DNA from: Vicugna vicugna
Taxonomy: Eukaryota
NCBI GenBank assembly: GCA_013265495.1
Contig: MU058252.1
Location: 2,266,244-2,330,243, forward strand
Length of the DNA: 64,000 nt
Direction: 5' to 3'
Shown: positions 1-11,351 of the stretch, piece by piece
Layout of the letters: every line of letters starts with the position of its first letter
How positions within the stretch are numbered: position 1 is the first letter of the stretch
Notes under the pieces: model-generated
Told to the model about the DNA's origin: nothing
The model's input: the letters and a program-made list of their open reading frames with translations, nothing else
Databases searched by the model: none
Position numbers and translations under genes: made by a program

Positions 1-1454
1 GGGGTCCCAGAGAACTCACATCAGACAGTCCACAGTGGAGACCACTCCTCAGGGGTCCCAGGATGATGGAAGTCAGAGCCGAGCTCATCAATTAAACCAG
101 AGCCACTTATTTATCATAGTCTCTGCCGCCTGCTGCCGGATGATTTCTCAGGAATTAATGAGCCTCTGTACTTGCGTATCAATATCTTGTTTGATTTCAA
201 ACCAGAAAATGAAACGCAGGCCTGGGTTTTGTTCTCGGTGTCTATTTTTTTATGTTATCGATCCAGATGGAACCACAGAATGGATTCTCTCTTCAATTCA
301 TTTTTTTAAAAGGGCTTTGATTTTCATCTGTGATGAATGAAGGGGAGTTGGCCTTCCGGAGGTGCAGCTTGAAGTCGCTGAAGTGGTCCAGAGTTTGGAA
401 ATTCTATGAAACCTGACTGTGCAATTGGATTGACGTTGTGCTGAGACCGAGCCCTCGTGCCAGACTCGTGCCCAAGTCCATTTGGTCCCTGGCACGCAGC
501 CCTGGAGGGATGGTGTTTGGTCTTGTTGCCTTGGCATTTCAAATGCTGCTGCATCTGGCTCCCATCCGGGTCAGAGGGAGTCGGGACTGGACGTGGGCGG
601 CACTTCAGCAAAGCAGAGTCGTAGGAGGGGCAGCGTGTAGAGCGTTCCCCGCTGTGCATCAGGGATGAGGCTGAGCGCCAGGTGACCCCGCCTGCAGCCC
701 GTCTGTGTCCCCTCACATCGCCTGGTCGGCCGACACGATCCCCTTCCGCAGGGCCACAGATTGCCCCTCCAGCCCCCAGAGAGGAAAGGGTGGACCCTTC
801 CTTGATTCAACACAAGTCCCCAGGGCTTGCAAACTGCATCACGGAACTTCCACGTGGGAGGCGGAGTCATGGTGGGTATGACGCCCGCCCTACTTTCAAG
901 CAATGGGAAATGGACGCACGGAGCCTCACGTCCTGATGGGAACGAGAACTCGCCTCTCCAGCTGGTGTTTCCGTCAGGAGACCCCACTGCTTGATTTGTG
1001 GTGTTTGGGACTCACACTCTGGGTTCTGTCTTTGGATCATTCCGCAGCTCAGCAGGCAGCTGAACTCTAAGCTAATCTCAATAGGGAGGCAAAAAAAAAA
1101 AAAAGAATTGTTTGTTTTTACATGGGCTGCGAGACTTATAAAGTAAGCTTAGTTCATGAAAAAGAAATGAGAAAGATTGTATTTGTCTTCTCTCTATGAA
1201 AATAATGTCCAAGGCAAGAGATACTGCTGCTCCGTATTGTTATTTCTACCCAGAGCATTCTTTCTCCCCTAAGGCAACTGTTTCTTTGAAAGCACTAGTT
1301 GGTGCCGGTCGCCAAGCCCATCAAACAAAAAAGCAGTTTTTCTAACAAAATGTAATTCCCTGAGGGTGCTTTTAAAGAATTTGCCAAATGCGTCCTTGAG
1401 ATCAGTAACAGGAAGTTTCGTGCTGGGAAGGACCTGAGTGATGACCTTGCTCAC

Positions 1455-1750
1455 CTTCCAATGAGGAAACTGAGGTTCAGAGAGGCAAACACTATGTCAC
1501 AAATCTAGGAAATTGGAAAGCTCGTCTTCAGACCCATGAACAGCGATTGTCACGTGAACGTCCTTGTGATGAAACTACAGCATGAGGGAAAGGGGGATAA
1601 TGGTGGCCAGACCAGCTACAGACCAGGTAGGTGCCATCATCTCTGTTCTCCAGATGGTAAAACTCAAAGACGTTAAATGACCCACCTGGGGTCACAAAGA
1701 GAAGAATGTCAGACCTGGATTTAGCACCTGGGCTGGACTAACCAGAGAGC
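1455..1750 (-). mobile_element. Two degenerate MIR SINE fragments (about 1455-1540 and 1630-1750)
   Basis: MIR core-like motifs 'gaggaaactgaggttcagagagg' and 'cagatggtaaaactcaaagacgttaaatgacccacctggggtcaca'; recognised from the recalled consensus. Confidence 0.55.
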
Positions 1751-1844
1751 TAATTCCTTTGTTTATTTTCTTCCCATTATAGGAGAGTGATTTTTAGTTA
1801 TCTTTTTTTTAGGCAGAGAAGTTCCTTCCAAAGAAACTAACTAT

Positions 1845-2240
1845 CAAAGACGTATGTGTAAAAGAGCTAAAACTATTAAACTCTTAGAAGAAAATATAGG
1901 CACCATCTACTGTAAAATAAAACCAAATAGAAATTCTAGAACTGAAAACTACAGTGTCTGGAAAGGAAAAAAAAATCATTAAATGTGACCTTGGATTAAG
2001 CTATGGTTTCTAAGATGTGACACCAAAAGCATAAACAACAACAACAAAAATAAATGAATTGGAATTGATCAAATTAAACATTTTTGTGCATCCATGAAGA
2101 CTGTCAAGGACGTGGGCAGACAGTTCACAGGAGAGGAGACGAGTTTTGCACATCCTGCGACTGACGAGAGGTTTGTATCTAGAGCATATAAAGACTATAG
2201 TTCAATAGTAAAAAGGCAAATGACCCAGTGACAAAGGCGC
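1845..2240 (+). mobile_element. Old L1 (L1M-type) ORF2 3'-region fragment
   Basis: 'aaaactattaaactcttagaagaaaatatagg', 'gacaccaaaagcataaacaaca' and 'tttgtatctagagcatataaagac' match hallmark L1M ORF2 sequence; no intact frame. Confidence 0.75.
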
Positions 2241-4079
2241 ACACATCACGCTTCCCTTTTTCAGTCATCGAGCAGGTGACGACAGCGGCTGCAAAGGTCC
2301 TGCGCCGTCCTTCCGTCCCTCGGCCCTTAGTCCATTCCTACGGGGCTCTTTCCTCTGGTTACGGGCCAGCTTCCTGGTCCTCTGCGGGTCCGGTAACTTT
2401 TCACTGAGTGCAGTGCAAGGTGGGTTCTATGCAGTGGAGGGTCTGCATTTTTTGAAGTTTCTCTGAAGAGTTTGAGTTTTGCTCCTGGAGGCGGTTGGTT
2501 TCCGGGCTGGTCAGAGCAGGTCTAGTCAGAGGTCTGGCCACAGCCCCCACATGCCAGCTGCTTCAGCAGACTCGGTCCCCGTCCCTGCCTCCTCCCCCAG
2601 TGCGGCCACTGCCCCCCAGGGTGCCCGCTTCTCTGCGCGGAAGGGTGGCCCTGACGCTCAGCGCCCGCCTGTGCTTGCCCCCTCGCGGGCGCCGCCCTGG
2701 CGCTGCCTGCTCACCAGCGCCCAAAAGCGTTTGCTTTACATGTTGTGTCCAGTTTTGTAATTGCTTAGAGTGGGAGGGTGAGTCCGATCACTCATGCCTC
2801 TGTCACAACCTGGCCCACCGGTCCCTCCTACCTGATTGTTAATCATTCTGTTGTAGATACATTTAAGTGGTTTGCCATGTTGAAAGTCTCTTAGGTGGAG
2901 AAGTTCAAGATAAATAATGAAATCAACAGAACTTTCAGTGCACTGTGTATTCCTTAGAGAAATCTCAGGTTTCGTGAAACAGTCTTTACATTTTTTTAGA
3001 TGTTAAAAATTAAGTAAAACCACATGCGTTCAACGAGGGATATCTATTCTGAGTTCACCTCACACCAGTCTACTAAATCAGATGGTAACGTTCAGAAAAA
3101 TACTGTAAAAATACTGTAAACATTTGGAGGCAGCCCCCACGGGTGACAGGGTCGCACAGGGACACGGTTCAGAGCACATCGTACCGTCTTGATTTCTCAC
3201 CACTGCACGCACTAGTCTGTATGGTGGTGTCAGTTTCCCGCCCTGATTGGCTTGTAATTTGCCTGCTTCCTCATACCTCCGTTCTTCTAGAAAATTTCCT
3301 GGGACCATAAGAGGGACAGGGTATAAGCTCTTTTCAAGTCCCTTGCAAGTAACTGCACCATCCTTTGGCTTTAAGCAAGGGAAGTCTTCGTCTGGTCCTA
3401 GTCAAACTGGGAGGGAAAAGGGAGTTAGGGCCGCCTGCTCACATCCTTTTCTGAGCTCCCTTTGCCATCAATCTCTCACCATCATTATTCTCAGGTTCAC
3501 TCTGGCCTGCGCATCGCCACTCAGGTTCTAGAACGAATCAGCTCACTCCAGGAAGGCGTTAATGACTGAAGTTAATCATCTCACTGCCTCGTTGTTCTTG
3601 TCAAAGAACTAGCTCTTCTGCTTCCATTGTCCGATTCCCCACATCCTCTTCCTGTCCACACCTCAATAAACTAAAAATGAACCCTCCCTTCAGATGTCCC
3701 ATGCGTCTCCGAAGGAAAATGAAGCAGGGAAAGTACCAGGATGCAGTGCCTGGGTGGGGTCACTAAGGATGCCATCGAAGGTCAAACCCCCCAGTTCATA
3801 ATCTCATGACACCTGCATGATAACGATGGGTATTTATTACACTCATTCTGTAGGGGGCTCAGAATATGCTTTTGGAATGACCCAGTTTTTCATTTACTAA
3901 ATGAAATTTTGGAGAAACGACTTCCCTGTTTCTTACTTGCCTCAGTGGAGTGAGAAATGGAGTGGTCATTCTTCTCAAACCCAGCACGTTCCAGGGTTCA
4001 GGTGATCCGCAGGCTTCTCTGCCCTCGGCATCTTTTCTGCCTTCGTTTCATTCTTCTTCCAGCAACGTCTGACCTCCGT

Positions 4080-5260
4080 CTTGAAACCCTCTCCTGCGAT
4101 TCCCACTTTTACGGCGCTGGCCACTCCTTTCCGATTTCCTTGGCTGGTTTCTCTCCTCTGCTTAATGTGGACAGACCCTGGAGCCCACGTGTGGTCTGTC
4201 TTCTCTTTTCTGATGTGTCTTACTCCTGGATGAGCTCAGCCAAGTCTGTGGTCTTAGACACTGTACCATCGCTTCCTGTCTCAGCGAGGGGGCCCAGCAA
4301 CCACCCAGTTGCTCAGATCAAATCCCTTAGAGCTAAAATTCATTCTTCTTCTTGCTCCTGACCATTCAACAACTCCTACCAACCCCAGCTTCAAAATATA
4401 GCCCCAATCAATTCATTCTGCCATGGTCACCGTTCCATCCTAGGCACCATCAGCTCTGCCTGCATCACTGAGGCCACTTCCGGAAGGTCCTCCGCTCCCT
4501 CCTCTAACTCAGTCTCTGTAAGGAAGCCAGAGTGATCCTGTTAACATGAAAATCAGACCAGATCACTCTCCTGCACATGTTAACACGAATCTCCTCACCA
4601 GGTCCCAGGGGTGCACACTTCCTACTTGCCTGGCCCTGCAGGACCCCCGTCTCTGCATCTCCATGCTCCAGCCATGCTGGCCCACTTCCTCATCCTCAGA
4701 CAGCCACGTTCTTTGTGCACTAGAGCCTTTGTCTCTGCTGTATGCTCCACCTGCAGTGTTCTGTCACAGACGGCCACGTGGCCGCCTCCTCGCCATTCAA
4801 GTCAACCCAATGCCACCTCAGAGAGGCTTTCACCTACCCCTCCACCTAAAACCTTTCCCCCACCCCTCAGTCACACTGTTTCCAAATTCTGTTTTCTTTT
4901 CTCCTAGGCATGTATCACTACTGAGACATTAAGCAGGGAAATAATTACAGATGATCCTTTTAGTTTCCCTGTTAAACTAGGGAAGGACCTTGTCTGTTCC
5001 CTTTTTTGCTCTATTTCCCATGTGCTCAATAGATATTTGTTTTTGTGTGTAAGTGTTTTTAATTTTTTTAACATTTTTAAAATTTAACGTTTAAATTTTA
5101 TTTTTATTTTTATTTTTTTATTTTGGGGGGAGGTAATTCGGTTTTTACTTATTTATTTTAATGGAGGTGCTGAGGGCTGACCCCAGGACCTCCTGCATGC
5201 TCAGCACGCACCCTGCCACTGAGCTGTGCCCTCCCCACTGCTCAATAAATATTTGTGAAG
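4080..5260 (+). mobile_element. L2 LINE 3' portion, interrupted near its end by a SINE
   Basis: 'ccacccagttgctcag', 'agccagagtgatcctgttaa' and the terminal 'tgctcaataaatatttgt' are typical of L2 3' ends. Confidence 0.7.
5041..5238 (-). mobile_element. tRNA-Ala-derived SINE (Vic-1 type, camelid) with A-rich tail and 18-bp TSD
   Basis: Minus strand reads GGGGAGGGCACAGCTCAGTGGCAGGG...GAGGTCCTGGGGTCAGCCCTCAGCACCTCCATTAAAATAAAT...AATTACCTCCCCCC then an A-rich tail. Flanked by tgctcaatagatatttgt (5023-5040) and tgctcaataaatatttgt (5239-5256), 17/18 identical. Confidence 0.85.
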
Positions 5261-5599
5261 TCAACACGTATAAATTATAAATTTGAAACATTCGGCTTTA
5301 AAAGTGGGTTTGTTTTTCTCACTGATGCCACGGAACTGGTGTGCATAGTGATACAACATCTGAATTCAGAACCAGGGTCCTTGGAAGCCAGCCCAAGCGT
5401 TGACGTTCCCTGGGGTGACCCTGAGCTCGTCTGCTCGGTTCTCCAGGACCTGCCCCGTCTTCTCCAAAGGGAAGTGCGAAGACGGGATGAAACAGGGCAT
5501 CGGCAAACACCAGCACGGAGAGAATCACAAAGCGCCACGGAAGTGTCAGGTGCTGGTCTGTGTCACGTCGAAGCAGCTGCACGGTGCCCTCTGGCCTCC

Positions 5600-6270
5600 T
5601 GTGGAGCAGGGAGGGATTCGCAGGAGCAGGCTGCGGTCGGGACACACCAGGCCCCTCGGCCTGACCCCCGCGGCCTCACCCCCGCGGGCCGGCGGGCGCC
5701 CGGCTGCAGGTGGGGGCGGCCAGAGCGCGGTGATTCGCCGGCGCCGCTCCTGCGCCATCCAGACGCCACCCCGAGGCGCTCCCTCCCCTGTCGGCCCCGT
5801 CCCACCAGAGGCGGCGGCCTTGTGCGCTGCCCGTGGCGCCTGCGTCGGCTCAGGCTGGGGGCTCAGCGGGGGCAGCTCCCCGAGGCAGGGGCGGTGGTGC
5901 TGGGGCAGGAAACGGCAGGGGGCGCCGACGGGACCGAGGGCCGCCACCCGAGGCCTTTCCGCCCAGTGGGCAGTGCTTCCTTCGCTCCGCGACCGGTCTC
6001 AAGGGTCCAGTTTGACTTTCCTGCAGGTGAGCGGAAGCCGGCGCTCCGCGGACCCGGGAACAGGCGCCTGTCCCTGTGCTGGGGGAGGGGGGGGCGGCTC
6101 CCCGCGTTCCCAGCTCCCGGTGGGCTTGTCTGGGCTTTTCCGTGGGGCGGTCGGTCGCCGGGACGTTCCGTAGCTCGGGCGCTTCCCACGCCGAGGGCAC
6201 AAGGTGACGGCGGAGTGGAATCAAGTCCCTGTTGCTCTGCGTCCGCAGAGGGCAGCAGGTGAAGCCACGC
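5600..6270. promoter_or_regulatory. CpG/GC-rich island not tied to a recognisable coding exon
   Basis: Dense CpG and GC-box-like GGGGCGG motifs by eye; CpG observed/expected not computed. Confidence 0.5.
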
Positions 6271-7545
6271 CCACTAAACGCAGGCGGAGCCCCTTTGCAC
6301 CAGCAGAAGGCGAGTCACCTGCGGCTTCTCACCTGCAGGACAGGCAGAGCCCCTCCGCCGCCTGCTTGTTCCTCCTGAAAGCGGAACCTTTGAGGACCAA
6401 AAAAGGGGTCACCGTGGCATTTCTGCCACCATTTTGCAGCCTCTGCGGTGTCCTCAGGTGACGCACCTTCCCCGTCTCCCCAGAGCTTCACCCACAGCCT
6501 TCAAGCAACTTTGAAGGGAGGAGTTGGGCAAAATGCAAAGCAAATGCTGTCAACAGAGAAAACAATTTTAAAAGATTCCAACAGATGAATAATGCAAACC
6601 TCCATCATGTTTGTTATGGAAACAAGCATGCAATATTAATCATTTGCAAAGAAAGTGGCCGTCCCCAGTGGGGAACAACTCTAGTGTCTTCTGGCTAGAA
6701 ACCTAACCTGCCCCATCTTATTACGAGTTTCTTATCTTTCTTAAAAATTTAATTCTGTGAATAATGTAATGTTTATCAGAGGAAAACAAATATCCTGTCT
6801 CAAGCCAGACTTTCTTCATCCCCTCCCACCGCAGCAAATATCTATCTGCATCTGGCATTTTCTCTTCTTTTTTTTTTAACTTAATTTTCTACACGAGGCT
6901 ACATATTTAATATACACAGTGTAACTCACTTCAGTAGCTGACCGTTCGCCCCCCAGAGATGTTTATTACAAGACAAGGAGCATGCAAAGCTGGGGCACTG
7001 TTTTGCAAATTCCCTCTTCAGTGAACATGGTCATGAAAGAATTGTATCAAGAAGAAACACTCGTATCATGTGGCTGTCGCCACGTTCTGCGGATGGTGTT
7101 CGTACTGACTTGGTAGCTGACAAATAATGACCCTTCAGAGCTTTGGGTTACCCCTTTTACCACTGCCAAGCATAGCAGGTGATGCTCTATTCCATTCAGC
7201 TTTCTTCTGGGTCCCAGGGGGCTCCCACAAGAGTCCAGGGATGCTTTGGTTCCTGCAGGAATCACTTTCATTGTGGACTTTGGGTCATCACGGGCCATCC
7301 CACCCCAGTCCGTCCATAGAATGCGTAAATTGTCCGTCTTTGTGTCTCTTGTTGACCTGGTCACACACTGGAACTGACACCCCCAGGTTCCAAATGAGGC
7401 TTCGTGACCTTTTATACATGCACACACACACACAAATCTGTGCACACACACACTGTACTCTCTCATGCACCAGCTCTGCTGCCTCAGATGTCAACGTGCA
7501 GGGTCTGCTTTCTTTATATTCTGAATTCTGTGTCCATGTATGTTT

Positions 7546-7660
7546 GTTTGGAGGAGAGGTAATTAGGTTATTTAATTACTTTTTTAATGGACGTATGGGG
7601 ATTGAACCCAGGACCTCGTGCATGCTAAACACGCGCCCTACCACTGAGCTACACCCTCCC
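7546..7660 (-). mobile_element. tRNA-Ala(AGC)-derived SINE (Vic-1 type) with intact Pol III A and B boxes
   Basis: Minus strand GGGAGGGTGTAGCTCAGTGGTAGGGCGCGTGTTTAGCATGCACGAGGTCCTGGGTTCAATCCCC followed by the non-tRNA tail ...AACCTAATTACCTCTCC. Imperfect TSD tgtgtccatgtatgttt (7529-7545) / tgtgtccgtatgttt (7666-7680). Confidence 0.85.
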
Positions 7661-7975
7661 AGCCTTGTGTCCGTATGTTTTGAATTGTTTCCTTCAGACA
7701 AAAATACAGCGAAGCTTCTCCGCAAACAGTGTGAGAACCCGCACTGCTGACCGTGGCTCAGGGCGAGGGGCCGGGCCGGGAGGAGGAACGTGCGGGGGAG
7801 GGCGCAGGAAGGCCGGAGCGGAGAAACAGGTGGGGACACTCACCGGGGGCGGAGGCAGCCCAGCGCATCACGAGGTCTGCGCCTCCCGTTTGGATCGGAG
7901 TCTCGGGATCATGAAGTAATACGCCTCGAGTTGTTCTGGTAGACGGTCAGAGTTGGGGCAGGTCTTGTCAGTTCT

Positions 7976-8038
7976 TATTTTTTTTACATATATGAAAATT
8001 TTTTTCAGATTCTTTTCCGTTACAGCTCATTACAAGAA
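7976..8038 (-). mobile_element. Very short L1 3'-end fragment
   Basis: 'ttttcagattcttttccgttacagctcattacaaga' matches the L1 3' UTR seen at 10937-10972. Confidence 0.55.
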
Positions 8039-9374
8039 CTTGCTGTTTGGTTCAACAGAATTGGGACATTTGAAGCGCCGCCTTAGTGGTTCTTAAATAA
8101 CAGGGTGTGGTACCACCCGAAACAGCTCCGCTTCTCCAGAAATACTTCAGAGGGCTTTGTTAAAGTACTCGGAAGCCGAGAAAATGATTATCAAAGATTC
8201 GTCTGCCCCTGGTAAAATTACATCCAAATGGTCATTAGAAGTGAGGGCTGTCAAAACATCCCACCTCTAGGAACTTGCAGTGGAGTTTCTGTTACTTTCC
8301 AGTGCTTCCCTGTGACCTTTGATGCTCTGATTGTTCTGGGACTCGTGGTGCTTGTATTCACTCAATCTGCCAAGAGAGGAAAGTTATACTACCAGGCTGC
8401 ATAATTTCCTTCTCAGCTGTAAAATATTTCTTTTAAAAAAGTGTGGAGGAGAAGGAATTATGGGAGCAAATATAGTATTTATCATTGGAATTAAAAGATG
8501 AGACCAGGCAAATAGTCCAGCCATCCATCCTCAAATAGTGTCTGCTGTTAGGGGCCCAATTCAGAGAATCTGATTAGCTGATGTATTTATATGGGAGCAT
8601 CACAGGCACCAACACCACTTTCACGTGTATTATTTTTCTTGTCATCCACAAATCATGTTGTGGAGAGATTGATGGTAATTGAATAAATTGCCGTGTGTAG
8701 TTAAAGACCGGGCTTGTTGGAGACGGAGCAGATTTATTCGATGATCAGTTTCACTTTTTCTCTGATGCCGGTGCTCATCGGAGCACGTCTCTCCAAGCAT
8801 GGGGAACTAGCACAGACAGACGGAGCTCCCCACACTTACACTTACGTGGGCGTGAACTGGGGTCTCCAGGGTCAAATCGCCACCTAGGAGCTCTTTGTGG
8901 GGATTTTGAGGAACCTTTAAACCACATTGTCTAAAACTATCACCCACAGTCTACCAGATTCCAAAGGTGATGATCTGGGGGGAAAGGGGGCAGACATTAA
9001 AACAGCATTACTCCTAGGACACCTCCGTTAAATATTAACACCCCCAACTTTTTTTTAATTAAAAAGATATGAATACCCAAGAGCAGTAACTATTGACGTA
9101 TGGTCTTTAAGTTTGTGCTAATCGGGTCTTCTGAGTATTTGCTCCTTGAGAACGGATATGAGAAGTGAAAATCTTGAGGCATGGACCACATTTACACGGT
9201 TTAGCCACATCTCTCATCCTGCGGCGCCATTTCATTTATGCAGCAACCTTCCCGTCAGCTGTCACAGCTCACGGTCTCCAGTCCCACCTGGTGTGAACGT
9301 GGTTGCCTTTTCTTAAAATAACGGCTTTGGGCTCCTTAGCACGTCGGCGTTTTCAGCTCCCTTGCACATTTTTT

Positions 9375-9600
9375 TTTTCAAATGTAAGTTACAATACATT
9401 AGGAGGTCGTGAAATAATTTAGTGGGTCGTGATCAGCTTAGAAAGATAAATGCAATTAAAACAAACAATACCCAGTGCATCGTAGGTAGGAGAGTGAACT
9501 ATTGTGGAATTTTCTGTTATGGATGGATTTAGTACATGTTTACTGTGTTGCAATACACAGATCTCATAATAGACGTTAGTCACAAAAGTTTGAAAAGCTC
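9375..9600. mobile_element. hAT-Charlie-type MER DNA transposon relic
   Basis: 'gtcgtgaaataatttagtgggtcgtga...aaaagtttgaaaagc' resembles recalled non-autonomous hAT elements; exact family uncertain. Confidence 0.45.
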
Positions 9601-9616
9601 AGAACCCTTTTTTTTT

Positions 9617-9843
9617 AAACAGCAGACATTTATTTCTGTTAGTTCCGGAAGCTGGGAAGTCCAAGATCGAGGTGCCTGGTGAGATTCTGTGTGTCCTTGT
9701 GGGGAAGGGGGAGAGAATGAGTGAGTGAGCAAGCTCTGGTCTTCCTTCCTCTTACAAGGACATTAATTCCATCACCGAGGTGCTCCCTCAGGTCTTCATC
9801 TAAATCTAATTACCTCGCAAAGGCCCCATCTTGGAGGTTAGGG
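9617..9843 (-). mobile_element. Partial MaLR (MLT1A-like) LTR ending at its poly(A) site, flanked by 14-bp direct repeats
   Basis: 'gctgggaagtccaagatcgaggtgcc', 'tctaattacctcgcaaaggccccatc'. Minus-strand AATAAA at 9629-9634, then 12 nt, then A9. Repeat gaaccc+T8 at 9602-9615 and 9844-9857. Confidence 0.75.
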
Positions 9844-9902
9844 GAACCCTTTTTTTTGGACCATGGAAAAGAAGAGGGATGCTGAGCAGAAGGGTTAACC
9901 TA

Positions 9903-10409
9903 CGTCGACGTAAGTAAAACGCACGACCTGAAAGCTAAGAGTTATGTTGTATTTGGAAGACTCTCTGAGGACTCGGACCCGGGAGGTGGCTTCTCAGATC
10001 GCTCAAAGAGACTATTGCACCGAGGCCAAGGAGGGGCCAGGGTATATAGGGGATTTTGCAACAAAGACCGCATAGTTGAAACATCAAAAGAGGACTGTCA
10101 ATTAAAGAAAGCAAGATCTCTCAGGTTAAGGGATTTAATGCTTCCTCCGTCTGGAAAGGTGTAGAGGTCTGGGCTCGTTGAAATCATTCCTCTGATCGGC
10201 ACCGTGGCTGTCTAGGGCCAGGGTCATGTGCTTCCACGTCCTGAGTCCCTCAGGGGGCATCACTGGGGGCGGCTGCAGAAGCCGGGCTGCCTGCCTGTCT
10301 CCATCCTGGGTCCCCTCTGCTCACTGTCTGGGGTGGTGGTAGCAGCTGAAGACTTAGTGGCCACAGCATCCTCTGTTTACTGATATGGCCGCAGTATTTT
10401 TCATTCACA
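9903..10409 (-). mobile_element. ERV1 solo LTR, MER41-like (cetartiodactyl type)
   Basis: Minus strand starts TGTGAATGAAAAATACTGCGGCCATATCAGTAAACAGAGGATG. TATA-like 'tatata' near 10043. About 507 bp. Flanks ccta (9899-9902) and cctg (10410-10413) resemble a 4-bp TSD. Confidence 0.65.
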
Positions 10410-10835
10410 CCTGGGACTGAGCAAACACTGCGCATTCCCTAGAAAGGCCTGTCTTCAGGCCCGGCCCTTGGCTGTTCCGGGGAAGGTAGTTCCCAGTCCC
10501 CACAACATTCTGCCCCCACCCGTGAGAGAGCAGTTGTAGGCCTGAGGCCTGGGCCACGTGGTGCCAGTTTGACCAGATAGTTTGTCCTGACAGTGTGATC
10601 ATGGTGAAGCCTGACTCGGCCCTGAGGCAGGCTGAGTGGCTGAAGCCAGTTATGTGGGTGGTACTTAGTTGCCTACGTGACCAACCCTTAAAAAAGCCCT
10701 GGCACCAAGCCTGGGGCGCTTCCTTGGTTAGTAACACAGTTCTGGGGGAATTAAGTCTGTCCGTGGGATTCCACTCGCAAAGGGCATCGTGAGCTTGCAC
10801 TGGGCTCCTCCTGGATTCAGCCTCAGGTACCTTTT

Positions 10836-11351
10836 AAAAAATTTTTTTTATTGAAGTGTAGTTGATTTACAATGTTAGTTTCAGGTGTACAGCAAAGTGA
10901 TTCAGTTTTACGTATACATACATATATAGTTTTTCTTTTCAGATTCTTTTCCATTATATGTTGTTATAAGAAATTGAATACAGTTCCCTGTGCTGTACAG
11001 TAGGTCCTTGTTATTTATCTATTTTATATACAGTAATGTGTGTCTGTTAATCCCCAGCCCCTAATTTATCCCTCCCCACCCTTTCCGCTTTGGTAACCAT
11101 AGTTTGTTTTCTGTGTCTGTGAGTCTGTTTTTGGTTTGTAAATAGAATTTGTATCATTTTTTAAAGATTCCACATTTAAGTGATATCATATGATATTTGT
11201 CTTTCTCTGTCTGATTTACTTCACTCAATATGATCATCTCTGGGTCTATCCATGTTGCTGCATTAGTTGGCATTAGTTCATTCTTTTTTGTGGCTGTGTA
11301 ATATTCCATTATATATATACGTGTGTGTGTTGTGTGTCTGTATCTACCACA
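10836..11351 (-). mobile_element. 5'-truncated L1 with A-rich tail and perfect 13-bp TSD
   Basis: L1 3' UTR ('ttgaagtgtagttgatttacaatg', 'gttccctgtgctgtacagtaggtccttg'). TSD tcaggtacctttt at 10823-10835 and 11352-11364. Confidence 0.9.

Noticed and set aside
5255..6262. 335-aa ORF and overlapping 257-aa ORF
   Set aside because: Non-ATG starts, Arg/Gly/Pro-rich, open in several frames because GC-rich DNA lacks stops; no recognisable domain.
7587..7660. Apparent tRNA-Ala(AGC) gene
   Set aside because: Continues into a SINE-specific tail, has a TSD and a second diverged copy nearby; classed as SINE.
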